From: an uncultured Chitinophagaceae bacterium
GTDB lineage: Bacteria; Planctomycetota; Planctomycetia; Pirellulales; UBA1268
Length of the DNA: 52,323 bases
Assembly: GCA_964585575.1 (NCBI GenBank)
Contig: CAZPEM010000004.1
Location: 1 to 52,323, forward strand
Reading direction: 5' to 3'
Position numbers and translations under genes: made by a program. Below are positions 35,279 to 45,961 of this stretch, piece after piece. Position 1 is the stretch's first letter. Each line of letters opens with the position of its first letter. The notes beneath the pieces were generated by a model. That model saw only the letters and a list, made by a program, of their open reading frames with translations, made no database searches and was not told where the DNA came from.

Positions 35279-35281
35279 GAA

Positions 35282-35352
35282 CTGGGGAACTAGGATTCGA
35301 ACCTAGACTAACTGGTTCAGAGCCAGTCGTGCTACCGTTACACCATTCCCCA
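35282..35352 (-). tRNA. tRNA-Gln(CTG)
   Basis: TGGGGAA/TTCCCCA acceptor stem, ACTGG-CTCTGAA-CCAGT anticodon arm, GGTTCGAATCC T-arm; CCA not encoded. Confidence 0.96.
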
Positions 35353-35447
35353 AGCGGGTCCCCAGGCGGGCCGAATCCACGGGAAGACCCGAGGGTTCGG
35401 GGGGCCGATTCCACGGGCCGCTAGCGGTCCGCAGAACCTGGGAAACA

Positions 35448-35476
35448 AGGGTACTGTCTACGGTCCCATCGGGCAA
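35448..35476 (-). promoter_or_regulatory. Putative sigma70 promoter of tRNA-Gln
   Basis: TTGCCC-17 nt-TACCCT on the minus strand. Confidence 0.5.
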
Positions 35477-35658
35477 TCGATGCCCTGTCGTTGGCGGAGT
35501 GGGCAAGCCGGCGGGCCTCTCGGGCCAGAAAAGTCTTCCCAGGGGCCGAAGCCCGCGCATCATGGCCGGCGTTCCACTCGACCGATTTCACGGACGATAA
35601 ACACACAGGATGAGGAAGCGTCAGGGAGCGACGCGGAACACCTACGAGGGAGTGACCG

Positions 35659-35931
35659 ATGAGTTTCTTCAATTGGCTGCGTGAGGGGGTTCGTCAGGCC
35701 GTCGTGATGGGGCTGGCCGATGCCGTGGAGGACGTCGGAAACAGGACCTCGGGGGAGGATCTCGGGCCCGCACTCGCACAGAGTCTCCGAGAGAAGCTGA
35801 CCGTGGTTCGCGACCAGCCGCTTCTCGACGGCCGTGTCGTCGAGTCCAAGGCAACCGCCGCGAACGGTGGCCGACGTCGGCTCGGCCGGTCGCTCGAAGC
35901 GACTCACGACCCGATCCGGAAGGCGGCCTGA
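35659..35931 (+). CDS. Small hypothetical protein (planctomycete-type)
   Basis: AGGGAG RBS; MSFFNWLREGVRQAVVMGLADAVEDVG...RRRLGRSL; host-like codon usage. Confidence 0.75.
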   Translation: MSFFNWLREGVRQAVVMGLADAVEDVGNRTSGEDLGPALAQSLREKLTVVRDQPLLDGRVVESKATAANGGRRRLGRSLEATHDPIRKAA

Positions 35932-36257
35932 CCCGCCGTTCCGCTTCACCGACGGCGATCACGGGTCGCACGGGTCACGTGCGCCGGCTCGTTCGACGAT
36001 GCGGTCGTGGCTCGGTTGCGCCGCCGACGCGCAGGCTGCTGCACGATTTCTGGGCAAGAACTCCGCTCCGGCCGTCGGTGCGGTCGGTGGCCTGGATGAC
36101 GTCAGCCCGGAATTCTCGCGGAAAATCCGTCCTTGCATCGGCTCGGCCCCGTCTCCCTGCCGACGGCGTCGATTCGGTACGTGACTTGCCCTCGTCTTCC
36201 ACCGTCGGCTCGCGTCGCTCATTCATTCCGTCCTGAAACCGGTGCCCTGGCAGCATC

Positions 36258-36479
36258 ATGACCCTCAACGACGACGACCTGGAGATGCAACTCCGCACGA
36301 TGCTTGCCGTTCGGCGTTTGCCGTCGCTCGGCAGGATCACGGTTCGAGTGGACGACGCGATCGTGTACCTCGGCGGCACGGTGTCGACCTATTTCGAGAG
36401 GAACACCTGCGAGGAATGCTGCAGGAAAATCGACGGCGTCGTTGGCATCCAAAACCAGATTCACGTGGAGGTGACGTAG
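36258..36479 (+). CDS. Single BON-domain small protein
   Basis: ITVRVDDAIVYLGGTVSTYFER...IDGVVGIQNQIHV matches the BON pattern. Confidence 0.75.
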   Translation: MTLNDDDLEMQLRTMLAVRRLPSLGRITVRVDDAIVYLGGTVSTYFERNTCEECCRKIDGVVGIQNQIHVEVT

Positions 36480-36487
36480 GTCGTTTG

Positions 36488-36559
36488 AAAACGCCCGGGG
36501 CTGCTGGTTTCGTGCCTGAAGATAGTGCTTGACTCCCTGGAGCAGCCCCGGGCTTTTTT
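36488..36559. terminator. Long-loop, possibly bidirectional intrinsic terminator between the BON gene and uvrB
   Basis: AAAAC-GCCCGGGGCTGCT (36493-36505), 35-nt loop, AGCAGCCCCGGGC (36541-36553)-TTTTTT. Confidence 0.6.
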
Positions 36560-36587
36560 CTGCCGGGAATCAGCCGATCCCGCGGCG

Positions 36588-38657
<2,070 letters not shown>

Positions 38658-39129
38658 CGTTGTCGGGCCCTTCGTCGGGGGATCGGCGGGGGGAAATCGT
38701 CAGGTATTCCCGCATGCGGTCAAGCGTGACGTCGCCGATTCCCGGCACGTCTCCCAGCTCGTCGATCGACCTGAAGCCGCCGCGTCGCGCCCGCTCCTCG
38801 AGGATTCTATCCGCGGTTCGCGGACCGACGCCCGGCAGCTGCAAAAGCTCCGCCCGCGACGCGGTGTCGAGGTCGATCCGAAAGCCCGTCGCGCGTCGGG
38901 GCGGCCGGTCGTAGGGCACGAGGCCCCCCGAGCAGCCGCCCGCACGGAAGAACGCCGCCGCCATCGCCAAAAGGCAGGCGGCGGTGAACGCCCCGACGAC
39001 CTTCTGTCGGGCGACGGTCATCGAGGGGGCACGTGAGGGAGCGGGCATCGGCGGTCGGTGGCTGTGAGGCTTGTGGCCGTCGCGGCGGCCGCGCATGCTG
39101 TCGGTATTCGCCGCATTCTACTTCCAGCC

Positions 39130-40068
39130 ATGACGACCCACGCCCGGTCCACCAGCGAGTTTCACCAGGTCACCTGGGACGCCGCGATGGCCGCGCACGT
39201 CGAGGCCGTCGCACGGCAGTGGCTCGCGGAGGATCTCGGCGCCGAGTGCGACTGGACGAGCGTCGGCCTCATCGCCGCGGGCCACTGCGGCACGGCCGAG
39301 GTCCGGGGCCGTTCCGCCGGCGTGGTTGCCGGGATCGAGGTGGCGAGAATCGTGGCCGCCGCCGTCGATGAGTCGCTCGAGTGGATGCCCGCGGCCCGCG
39401 ACGGCGAATCGATCGAGGCCGGTGCGAGTGTCGCACGGCTCTCGGGGCCCGTGCGATCGATGCTCGCGGCGGAGCGGACGATCCTCAACGTCATGGGCCG
39501 CCTGAGCGGTATCGCCTCCGCGGTGCGACGGCTCGTGGATGCGGTCGCGGGCACCGGCTGCAGGGTCTACGATACCCGCAAGACCGTGCCGGGCTGGCGG
39601 CTGCTCGACAAGTACGCCGTGCGGTGCGGCGGCGGCTGGAACCACCGGATGGGTCTCTTCGACGCGATCCTCATCAAGGACAACCACCTGGCGGCGGCCG
39701 CGGAGGAAGGGCTCACGCCTGCCGACGCGGTCCGACGGGCCCGCGAGTTCGTTGGACGGACGTTTCCCGCCGAACGGGCGGCGGCGACCGTGGTCGAGAT
39801 CGAGGTCGATTCGCTCACACAGCTCGAGCTGGTGCTGCCCGCCGGCCCCGACATCGTGCTGCTCGACAACATGGGCCTCGACGCGTTGCGGCAGGCGGTG
39901 GCGATTCGTGATGCGGCCGGGTCGCCGGTCGTGCTCGAGGCCTCCGGCGGAATCAGGCCCGACACGGTCGCGGCGATCGCGGGAACCGGCGTCGATCGCG
40001 TGAGCACCGGCTGGCCGTGTCACCATGCCCCATGGCTCGATCTGGGGCTCGACTGGGCGAGTGATTAG
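39130..40068 (+). CDS. nadC: Nicotinate-nucleotide pyrophosphorylase
   Basis: ERTILN, DTRKT, HRMGLFDAILIKDNH, EIEVD, LLDNM, EASGG. Confidence 0.96.
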   Translation: MTTHARSTSEFHQVTWDAAMAAHVEAVARQWLAEDLGAECDWTSVGLIAAGHCGTAEVRGRSAGVVAGIEVARIVAAAVDESLEWMPAARDGESIEAGASVARLSGPVRSMLAAERTILNVMGRLSGIASAVRRLVDAVAGTGCRVYDTRKTVPGWRLLDKYAVRCGGGWNHRMGLFDAILIKDNHLAAAAEEGLTPADAVRRAREFVGRTFPAERAAATVVEIEVDSLTQLELVLPAGPDIVLLDNMGLDALRQAVAIRDAAGSPVVLEASGGIRPDTVAAIAGTGVDRVSTGWPCHHAPWLDLGLDWASD

Positions 40069-40180
40069 CTCGCCGGGGCTCCCGCAGTCCGACCGTTGGA
40101 TCAATCGGGCAACGCCGCCATCGTCCCGCACAAGCTGGCGTGGCCGCCGGAGTGGAGAGCCGCGCGATTGGTTCCCCGCC

Positions 40181-43100
40181 TCACGCGGTTGGGAAGACCA
40201 GCCGCACCTCCGCCCCGCCGAGCGGGGAGTGTCCGAACAGCACGGACCCACGGTGGTTTTGCATGGCCGTGCGGACGACGTAGAGTCCGATGCCCGTGCC
40301 GGATTGCTTCGTCGTGGTCAGCGGGAGTTCCGACGGCTCTTCGCCGTTCCAGCCCGGTCCGGTGTCACCGATGACGAGTTCCATCGCGTTTTCCGGGCGG
40401 CGGAGCTCGATGGCGATTTCCCGCCGTGTGGGTCTGTGCTCGGCGATGGCCTCGGTGGCGTTGCGGATCAGATTGGTCAGCGCGAGCTGCAGCTGCGCGG
40501 CATCGCCCGTCATGGGGCAATTCCGTTCCAGTCCTTCCGTGCGCAGTGTGATCCGGTGACGGGCGAGTAATTCCTTGTTGTAAAGAAGCGTGCTCTTCAC
40601 CACTTCCACCAGGTCGATGGCGGTGTGCTCCGTCTGCACGTTCCGCAGGAGCGTTTTCATTTTGTCGATCGTCACGACGACTCGCTGTGCCTCCTCGGCG
40701 ATGACCTGCAGCGGCCTGTTGTCACCCCCCACCTGCTCCAGGGCCATCTTGCTTTGGAGGAGAATGGCGCTGAGCGGCTGGTTGATTTCGTGGGCCACGG
40801 CTGCGGCGGCCAGGCTGGTTTTGAGCTTGGACTCCAATTCACGGCGGTGTGTCTCCCTGAGAACTTGTGCGCTCAGCGCGGCCTCCTTCTCCTCGGTGAT
40901 GTCGATCATCACGCCTTCCCAGATGGTGCCGCCGCCGGGATGGGGGCGGGGAACGGACTCGATGGTGACCCATCGCGTCTGGCCGCGCACGACGATGCGG
41001 CCTTCCCATTGAAAGGTTTTGTTCTCGGCAAGCACCTCGGCATTGAGGCGGGTGAAGGCGTCGCGCTCGTCCGGGTGGACCGCATCGATGGCCAGGGTGT
41101 GGTCGGCCAACACGTCCTCGCGGCGCAGGTCGAGCATCTGGAGCCACCGGTCGCTGACGAACGTGAAACGCGGCCTGCCCGAGCCGTCGAGTTCCAGCAC
41201 GTAGGTACCGATGGGAATATTGGCCATCAACTCGAAGGCGGCGCGGGCCAGCGATTCCTCCGCGGTTCGCAGCTCACGGGTGCGCTGTTCGACCTGCTTC
41301 TCGAGCGACTGGTACAGCCGCGCGTTGTCGATCGAGACCGCCAAGTGCCCGCAGAACGCTTCCACGATCTCGGCTATGTCCTTCGTGAAAGCGCCGCGAA
41401 GTCGGTGATTTTCCAGGACCACGAAAGCCACGGCCCGGTTGCGTGAGATGACGGGAACTCCGAGCACCGCACATCGCTCGAGATCGCGGAATCGCGGGTC
41501 CCCGATGAACCGCGGGTCTTGGGCGGCATCGTCGGAGAGAACGGTCTGCATGTGACGCAGGCCCAGACGGACGACGGTTGCCGGGATCAAGCCTCGTTGC
41601 TCGGCCTCTTCCATGGACTGGTAAGCGGGCGGTCCTTCGGCCGAGAAACCGGCCTTGAGCATCCACTGGTTGTTCTCGTCTTGGGCGAGGATGTGGCCGT
41701 CGGTCGCGCCGGAGAGGTTTTGCAGGAGTTCCGCAGTGGCCGCGGCCAGCTGCGGCACGGATCGAAGGGTCGCGAGCTGCTGCATCCCGGCAATCAGCGG
41801 CTGCGCATCACGGAATCCGGACGGGACGGTCTGTAGGAAGGGAAACTCCGCCGCGAGCGCCCCGCATTTGCCGGTCGCGCCCCACTCCGCGTACAGGGTG
41901 CGAGCCCGCTCGAGCAGACGATATCCGGCCTGCTCGAGGCCGAGGGCGAGGTAGCAACGCGCGGCTTTCTCGGTGATCAGCGCGGCATGCCAGGGACGCC
42001 GGTGAGCCGTGGACCTCCGAATCGCCCGCTCGTAGACGGCCAACGCCTCGGTGCCGCGGCCGTCCGCGGACATCCGCTCGGCCTCGACAAGATCATGCAG
42101 GTGGGAAAAGTTGACCGGTGCATCCGAACCGCGTGAGGCCAGCCACGCCTGATTGGCGGCAAGCCGCTTTGCGATGGCGGGATCGCGGTCGCCGCGGCGC
42201 TGGCGGGCGAGAAGTGCGAGCGAGTCGAGCACATTGATCAAGGCCGTGGGATAAAATCCCGTGATGTAGGCCGCGTGCCGCACCGCCGCGTCGGCATGGA
42301 GGACGTGGACGCCTTCGTCCCCGAAGAGGCATGCGGCGAGCGCCCGCGTCGTGTGATGGAAACACGCGGCCATCGGATTCGCCGTGGGAACGTCGTCCAC
42401 CCCCGTCGAGGGCTTCCCGATCAGCGCGTCGATCAATCCGCGAAACGCCGCGTAGGACTCGGCCGCGTGACGGTTTCCGGTTGTGGCGGCGAAGTCGACC
42501 GCCCGGCGGTTTTCCGCATCGACATCCGCGAGATGCGTGGCCATGTCGAGCATCGCAGCCTGCGACGTGAAGAACGTGTAGCACGCGAACTCCAACTCAC
42601 CGCATAGACGGAGCGACTCATGGGCTTCGCGGGCCTGCGTCAGGCAGCGTTCCAGCGGTTCGAACCAGTGACAGCTGAAGAGTCCGAAGACGTGCCGCGC
42701 CCGTGCCGTTTCCACGCCGCATTCTCCGGCCTCGCCCGCCGACAGCGCGGCGCGGGCCGCCTGGTATCCCGTGGCGTAATCCTCGCGTGCGGGAATGGTG
42801 GCAAGTGAAAGGCATGCCATCGGGTAAAGGAGGGGGTCGTCATATGTTCCGGACAACCACGATCGTGCGGCGTGCACGACGAGCCAGTTGGCGACGTGCG
42901 GCCGGCAGAAGAAGGCGGCGGGAACCATGCGGTTCAGCAGTCGGGCCGCGGGGCTGTTCCCGACCGGACCGGATCCACGGCCCGGCAACCGCTGCAACCC
43001 GCCGGCCTCGATGCTTTCATAAAGTCGGTTCAGGGCGATATGGAGATCCGCCTCCGGAGCGTCCAGCGGAACCGCGATGCCGAGTTCGCGGAGCAAACCC

Positions 43101-45418
43101 GCGCCCAGTTGCATCGCCTCGTCGTAGTGCGTTCGGTTCGAGAGGCTCATCACCTGGATGGAGGCAGCCACCGCGAGCTGTGATGCTGCGGTAGCGTGGC
43201 TGCGCAAGGATGCGAAAGCAGCGTCGGCGGCCGGATGATCCGACAGGCAGTAGCAGACGACATGAAGTTCCTCGTGCAGATCCCAGGCGAGTGAGGGTGC
43301 GCATGCCCAGGGGTCGGGCGCGAGCAGTTCGAGGGCGAGACGCAGGAAGCGGTGCGCCGCCGCGAAAGAACCCGTCGTGCGGGCATGACGGGCGGCTTCG
43401 AGAAACGCCGACGCGACCTTTCTCTTCTCCTCCGCATCCTCGAGCAGGTCGCAGGCTTCCGCATAATGACCGGCGGCGCGCTGTCGCACGCCGGGGCCGG
43501 CCGACGGATCGTCGAAACGGCGGGCTATTTCGAGGTGACGCCGGCTGCGCCACGGTTCGTCACGCAGGCATGCGGCGGCCTGCTGCATCCGGTCGTGACA
43601 AAAAGAGATCCGCGCGACGCCGTCGCCCCGGGTGAATTCCGCGGCATCCGGCGTGACGAGCACGCCGCGTTCGAGGGCCGGCAGAAGCACGGCGGCGGTT
43701 TCCTCCAACGTGCGGGCGGTGGCCAGGGCGAGCAGATCGAGCGTCAGATCCGCACCGAGGCACGCCGCGGAGACGAGCGCATCCGACGTGGGCGGCGGGA
43801 AATCGGACAGAGTGCGGGCGAGAAATTCAACGGTGTTGACGCTCGGCGGATGCACGGTCAACGCGGCCGCATCCCACGTCCATCGCGCCAGCGTGTGGTC
43901 GAAATGAACCGTGCCCTCGCGGTGCAGCGATTGCACCAGTTCAATCGCGTGGAAAGGATTCCCCTGCGTGGCTCGATGGACGTGGATGGACAGCTCGCGG
44001 ACTTCCTCGGCGGGAACACCGAGCATTTCCCCGACGAGCAATGACACCTCGCCGGGCCCGAGGTTTTCGAGATGAATGACGACGGACGACAGTTTCTCCG
44101 TCACGCAGCGCAGGGCTGGAATGTCGTGGAGCTCCTCGCGTCGGAACAATCCCACGAACAGGACGCCGTCGAGGGAGTCGTCTTCCATCAGCGCCGTGAC
44201 GAAATTCAGGGTGGGCGGGTCCGCCCACTGCAAGTCATCCAGCACCAGCACGAGCGGCTGTGACGGCGAGGCCACGAGTCCGACGAGCCGGACGAGAAGT
44301 TCGGTGAGACGACGCTGCGCCTTGCTGGGATCGAGCGGGGCCGGCGGCGGCAGTTCGCCCGTGAGCAGCGGCAAATCGGGCAACACGTCAAGCAGGGCCC
44401 CGGCATCCTGTCCGAGACCGGCCCGCAAGCGAGGAAGCAATTCGTGAATCGACGTTTCACGTTCGCCGGCGAGCAATGTCAGTAACTGCCGTAATGCCTG
44501 CACCGGTGCCAGGAGTGGACGGTCGCGTTGGAATTGCTCGCATTTGCCGCGCACGAAACGTCCGGTGCGCAAGGCCACCGGACGCTGCAACTCGTTGACC
44601 AGCAATGTCTTGCCGACGCCCGCCTCGCCCGCGAGAAACAGCCGCTCGCTTCCTCCGCGAGTGACGGCGTCGAACGCGGCAAGCAGTTCGCCGAGCGGGT
44701 GCTCGCGTCCATGAAGACGCCGCGGCGTCCGCGGCAGCAGGACGCGTTCGGCTGCACGCAGGGAAACGCGATCGAGAGGCTCCCCGCGGTCCGCCGCGGC
44801 CCGCAACAGCCCCAGATCGTCGGCCAGGCCGGAAGCGCTCTGATAGCGCTCGTCGGGTTCCTTGGCCAGCAACCGCAGGAGAACGTGCGAAACCGCGGGC
44901 GGCATCCATGGTGCGATTTCCCCTGGCGGGCGAGGCTCCTCGGCGAGGTGCGCGTGGACCAACGCCGACCGGTCACGGTTGGGAAAAGGGGGATGTCCCG
45001 TTGCCAGGCGGTAAAGCGTGCCTCCGAGGGCGTAGAGATCGGCGCGGTGATCGACCGAACGGTTCATGCGTCCGGTCTGCTCGGGCGCCAGATAGGCGAC
45101 ATCGGACGGCAAGCGGTCGAGCGGTGCGAAACCGCCGTGATCCGCTTCGAAGGTCACTGCATGACCGAAGCCCGTGATGAGAAGTTCGCCGTCGTGAAGG
45201 CGAAAGTGTTCCGGCCGCAGATTCCCGTGCGTGACTCCATGCTCGTGCACACGGGCCACGAGGCGTGCCATTCGTTCCGCGAGGCCGAGAAACCGGACCA
45301 GATTCAGCGGGGCCTCATCGGCCAACGGCGCCGCGTCGCCGTGCCAATCGATACCTTCAACCGCGTGCAAAAGCTCCGCGACACGCGGGCTGCGTTGAAA
45401 TCGGTCTGCGGGCGGCAT
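40181..45418 (-). CDS. Multi-domain (pseudo)Ser/Thr kinase - AAA/STAND-like ATPase - GAF - PAS - histidine kinase
   Basis: YLAPEQTGRMNRSVDHRADLYALG, GEAGVGKT, LVLDDLQWAD, FCHDRMQQAA, GAF (DDAAQDPRF...VVLEN), PAS (VHPDER), AHEINQPL, NLIRNA, DTGPG, TTKQSGTGIGL. Confidence 0.9.
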   Translation of the reverse strand: MPPADRFQRSPRVAELLHAVEGIDWHGDAAPLADEAPLNLVRFLGLAERMARLVARVHEHGVTHGNLRPEHFRLHDGELLITGFGHAVTFEADHGGFAPLDRLPSDVAYLAPEQTGRMNRSVDHRADLYALGGTLYRLATGHPPFPNRDRSALVHAHLAEEPRPPGEIAPWMPPAVSHVLLRLLAKEPDERYQSASGLADDLGLLRAAADRGEPLDRVSLRAAERVLLPRTPRRLHGREHPLGELLAAFDAVTRGGSERLFLAGEAGVGKTLLVNELQRPVALRTGRFVRGKCEQFQRDRPLLAPVQALRQLLTLLAGERETSIHELLPRLRAGLGQDAGALLDVLPDLPLLTGELPPPAPLDPSKAQRRLTELLVRLVGLVASPSQPLVLVLDDLQWADPPTLNFVTALMEDDSLDGVLFVGLFRREELHDIPALRCVTEKLSSVVIHLENLGPGEVSLLVGEMLGVPAEEVRELSIHVHRATQGNPFHAIELVQSLHREGTVHFDHTLARWTWDAAALTVHPPSVNTVEFLARTLSDFPPPTSDALVSAACLGADLTLDLLALATARTLEETAAVLLPALERGVLVTPDAAEFTRGDGVARISFCHDRMQQAAACLRDEPWRSRRHLEIARRFDDPSAGPGVRQRAAGHYAEACDLLEDAEEKRKVASAFLEAARHARTTGSFAAAHRFLRLALELLAPDPWACAPSLAWDLHEELHVVCYCLSDHPAADAAFASLRSHATAASQLAVAASIQVMSLSNRTHYDEAMQLGAGLLRELGIAVPLDAPEADLHIALNRLYESIEAGGLQRLPGRGSGPVGNSPAARLLNRMVPAAFFCRPHVANWLVVHAARSWLSGTYDDPLLYPMACLSLATIPAREDYATGYQAARAALSAGEAGECGVETARARHVFGLFSCHWFEPLERCLTQAREAHESLRLCGELEFACYTFFTSQAAMLDMATHLADVDAENRRAVDFAATTGNRHAAESYAAFRGLIDALIGKPSTGVDDVPTANPMAACFHHTTRALAACLFGDEGVHVLHADAAVRHAAYITGFYPTALINVLDSLALLARQRRGDRDPAIAKRLAANQAWLASRGSDAPVNFSHLHDLVEAERMSADGRGTEALAVYERAIRRSTAHRRPWHAALITEKAARCYLALGLEQAGYRLLERARTLYAEWGATGKCGALAAEFPFLQTVPSGFRDAQPLIAGMQQLATLRSVPQLAAATAELLQNLSGATDGHILAQDENNQWMLKAGFSAEGPPAYQSMEEAEQRGLIPATVVRLGLRHMQTVLSDDAAQDPRFIGDPRFRDLERCAVLGVPVISRNRAVAFVVLENHRLRGAFTKDIAEIVEAFCGHLAVSIDNARLYQSLEKQVEQRTRELRTAEESLARAAFELMANIPIGTYVLELDGSGRPRFTFVSDRWLQMLDLRREDVLADHTLAIDAVHPDERDAFTRLNAEVLAENKTFQWEGRIVVRGQTRWVTIESVPRPHPGGGTIWEGVMIDITEEKEAALSAQVLRETHRRELESKLKTSLAAAAVAHEINQPLSAILLQSKMALEQVGGDNRPLQVIAEEAQRVVVTIDKMKTLLRNVQTEHTAIDLVEVVKSTLLYNKELLARHRITLRTEGLERNCPMTGDAAQLQLALTNLIRNATEAIAEHRPTRREIAIELRRPENAMELVIGDTGPGWNGEEPSELPLTTTKQSGTGIGLYVVRTAMQNHRGSVLFGHSPLGGAEVRLVFPTA

Positions 45419-45532
45419 GGGGCGGATATCGTGCGCGGTTCCCCTGGCCGGTCAGCTTATTTCGCCAACTCAAACGCCGGTGAGTGAAAACCACTGCCAA
45501 CCAGCCGCCGGTCCGCTCAGGCGCCGGTAAGT

Positions 45533-45727
45533 TCAGACACCCGTGAGCTTCGTGCGGCGGGTGCGGCGCTCGGCCCGGAGACGGGCGCGTCGGCGGGTCT
45601 CGCTCGGCTTCTCGAAAAACTCCCGGCGGCGCATCTCTTTTTTGATGCCGCTCCGCTCGACGAGTTTCCGAAACCTCCGCACCGCCTCCTGGATGCTTTC
45701 CCGTTCTCTGACCGTCAGTTTGACCAT
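45533..45727 (-). CDS. rpsU: 30S ribosomal protein S21
   Basis: [42 protein letters not shown]. Confidence 0.96.
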   Translation of the reverse strand: MVKLTVRERESIQEAVRRFRKLVERSGIKKEMRRREFFEKPSETRRRARLRAERRTRRTKLTGV

Positions 45728-45776
45728 AAGTGCCGCTTGCTGGAAATGCGAAAAACAATGGTTTCGACAGCTGGGC

Positions 45777-45805
45777 AAAATACCCCCCGAGCGGTGTTTC
45801 GTCCA
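45777..45805 (-). promoter_or_regulatory. Putative rpsU promoter
   Basis: TGGACG-17 nt-TATTTT on the minus strand. Confidence 0.4.
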
Positions 45806-45961
45806 GCCCACCCTGGCGGATGCCGGACGATGCGGGAAGCAAGTCGCGGGAAATCGGGCCATTTGGGAGGGTTCGCAACCGGCCGTCAACGCGAGCGGCT
45901 CACGTCGGGCGGGTCGTTCGCGGCGCCGCTCGATTCCCGTCGGGCCGTTTCGCGGCTTCTG

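Noticed and set aside
35124-35424. Small ORFs overlapping tRNA-Gln
   Set aside because: Explained by the tRNA and the tandem repeat; no coding evidence
40069-45532. Mobile-element boundaries around the large kinase gene
   Set aside because: No integrase or transposase, and no convincing terminal or target-site repeats seen
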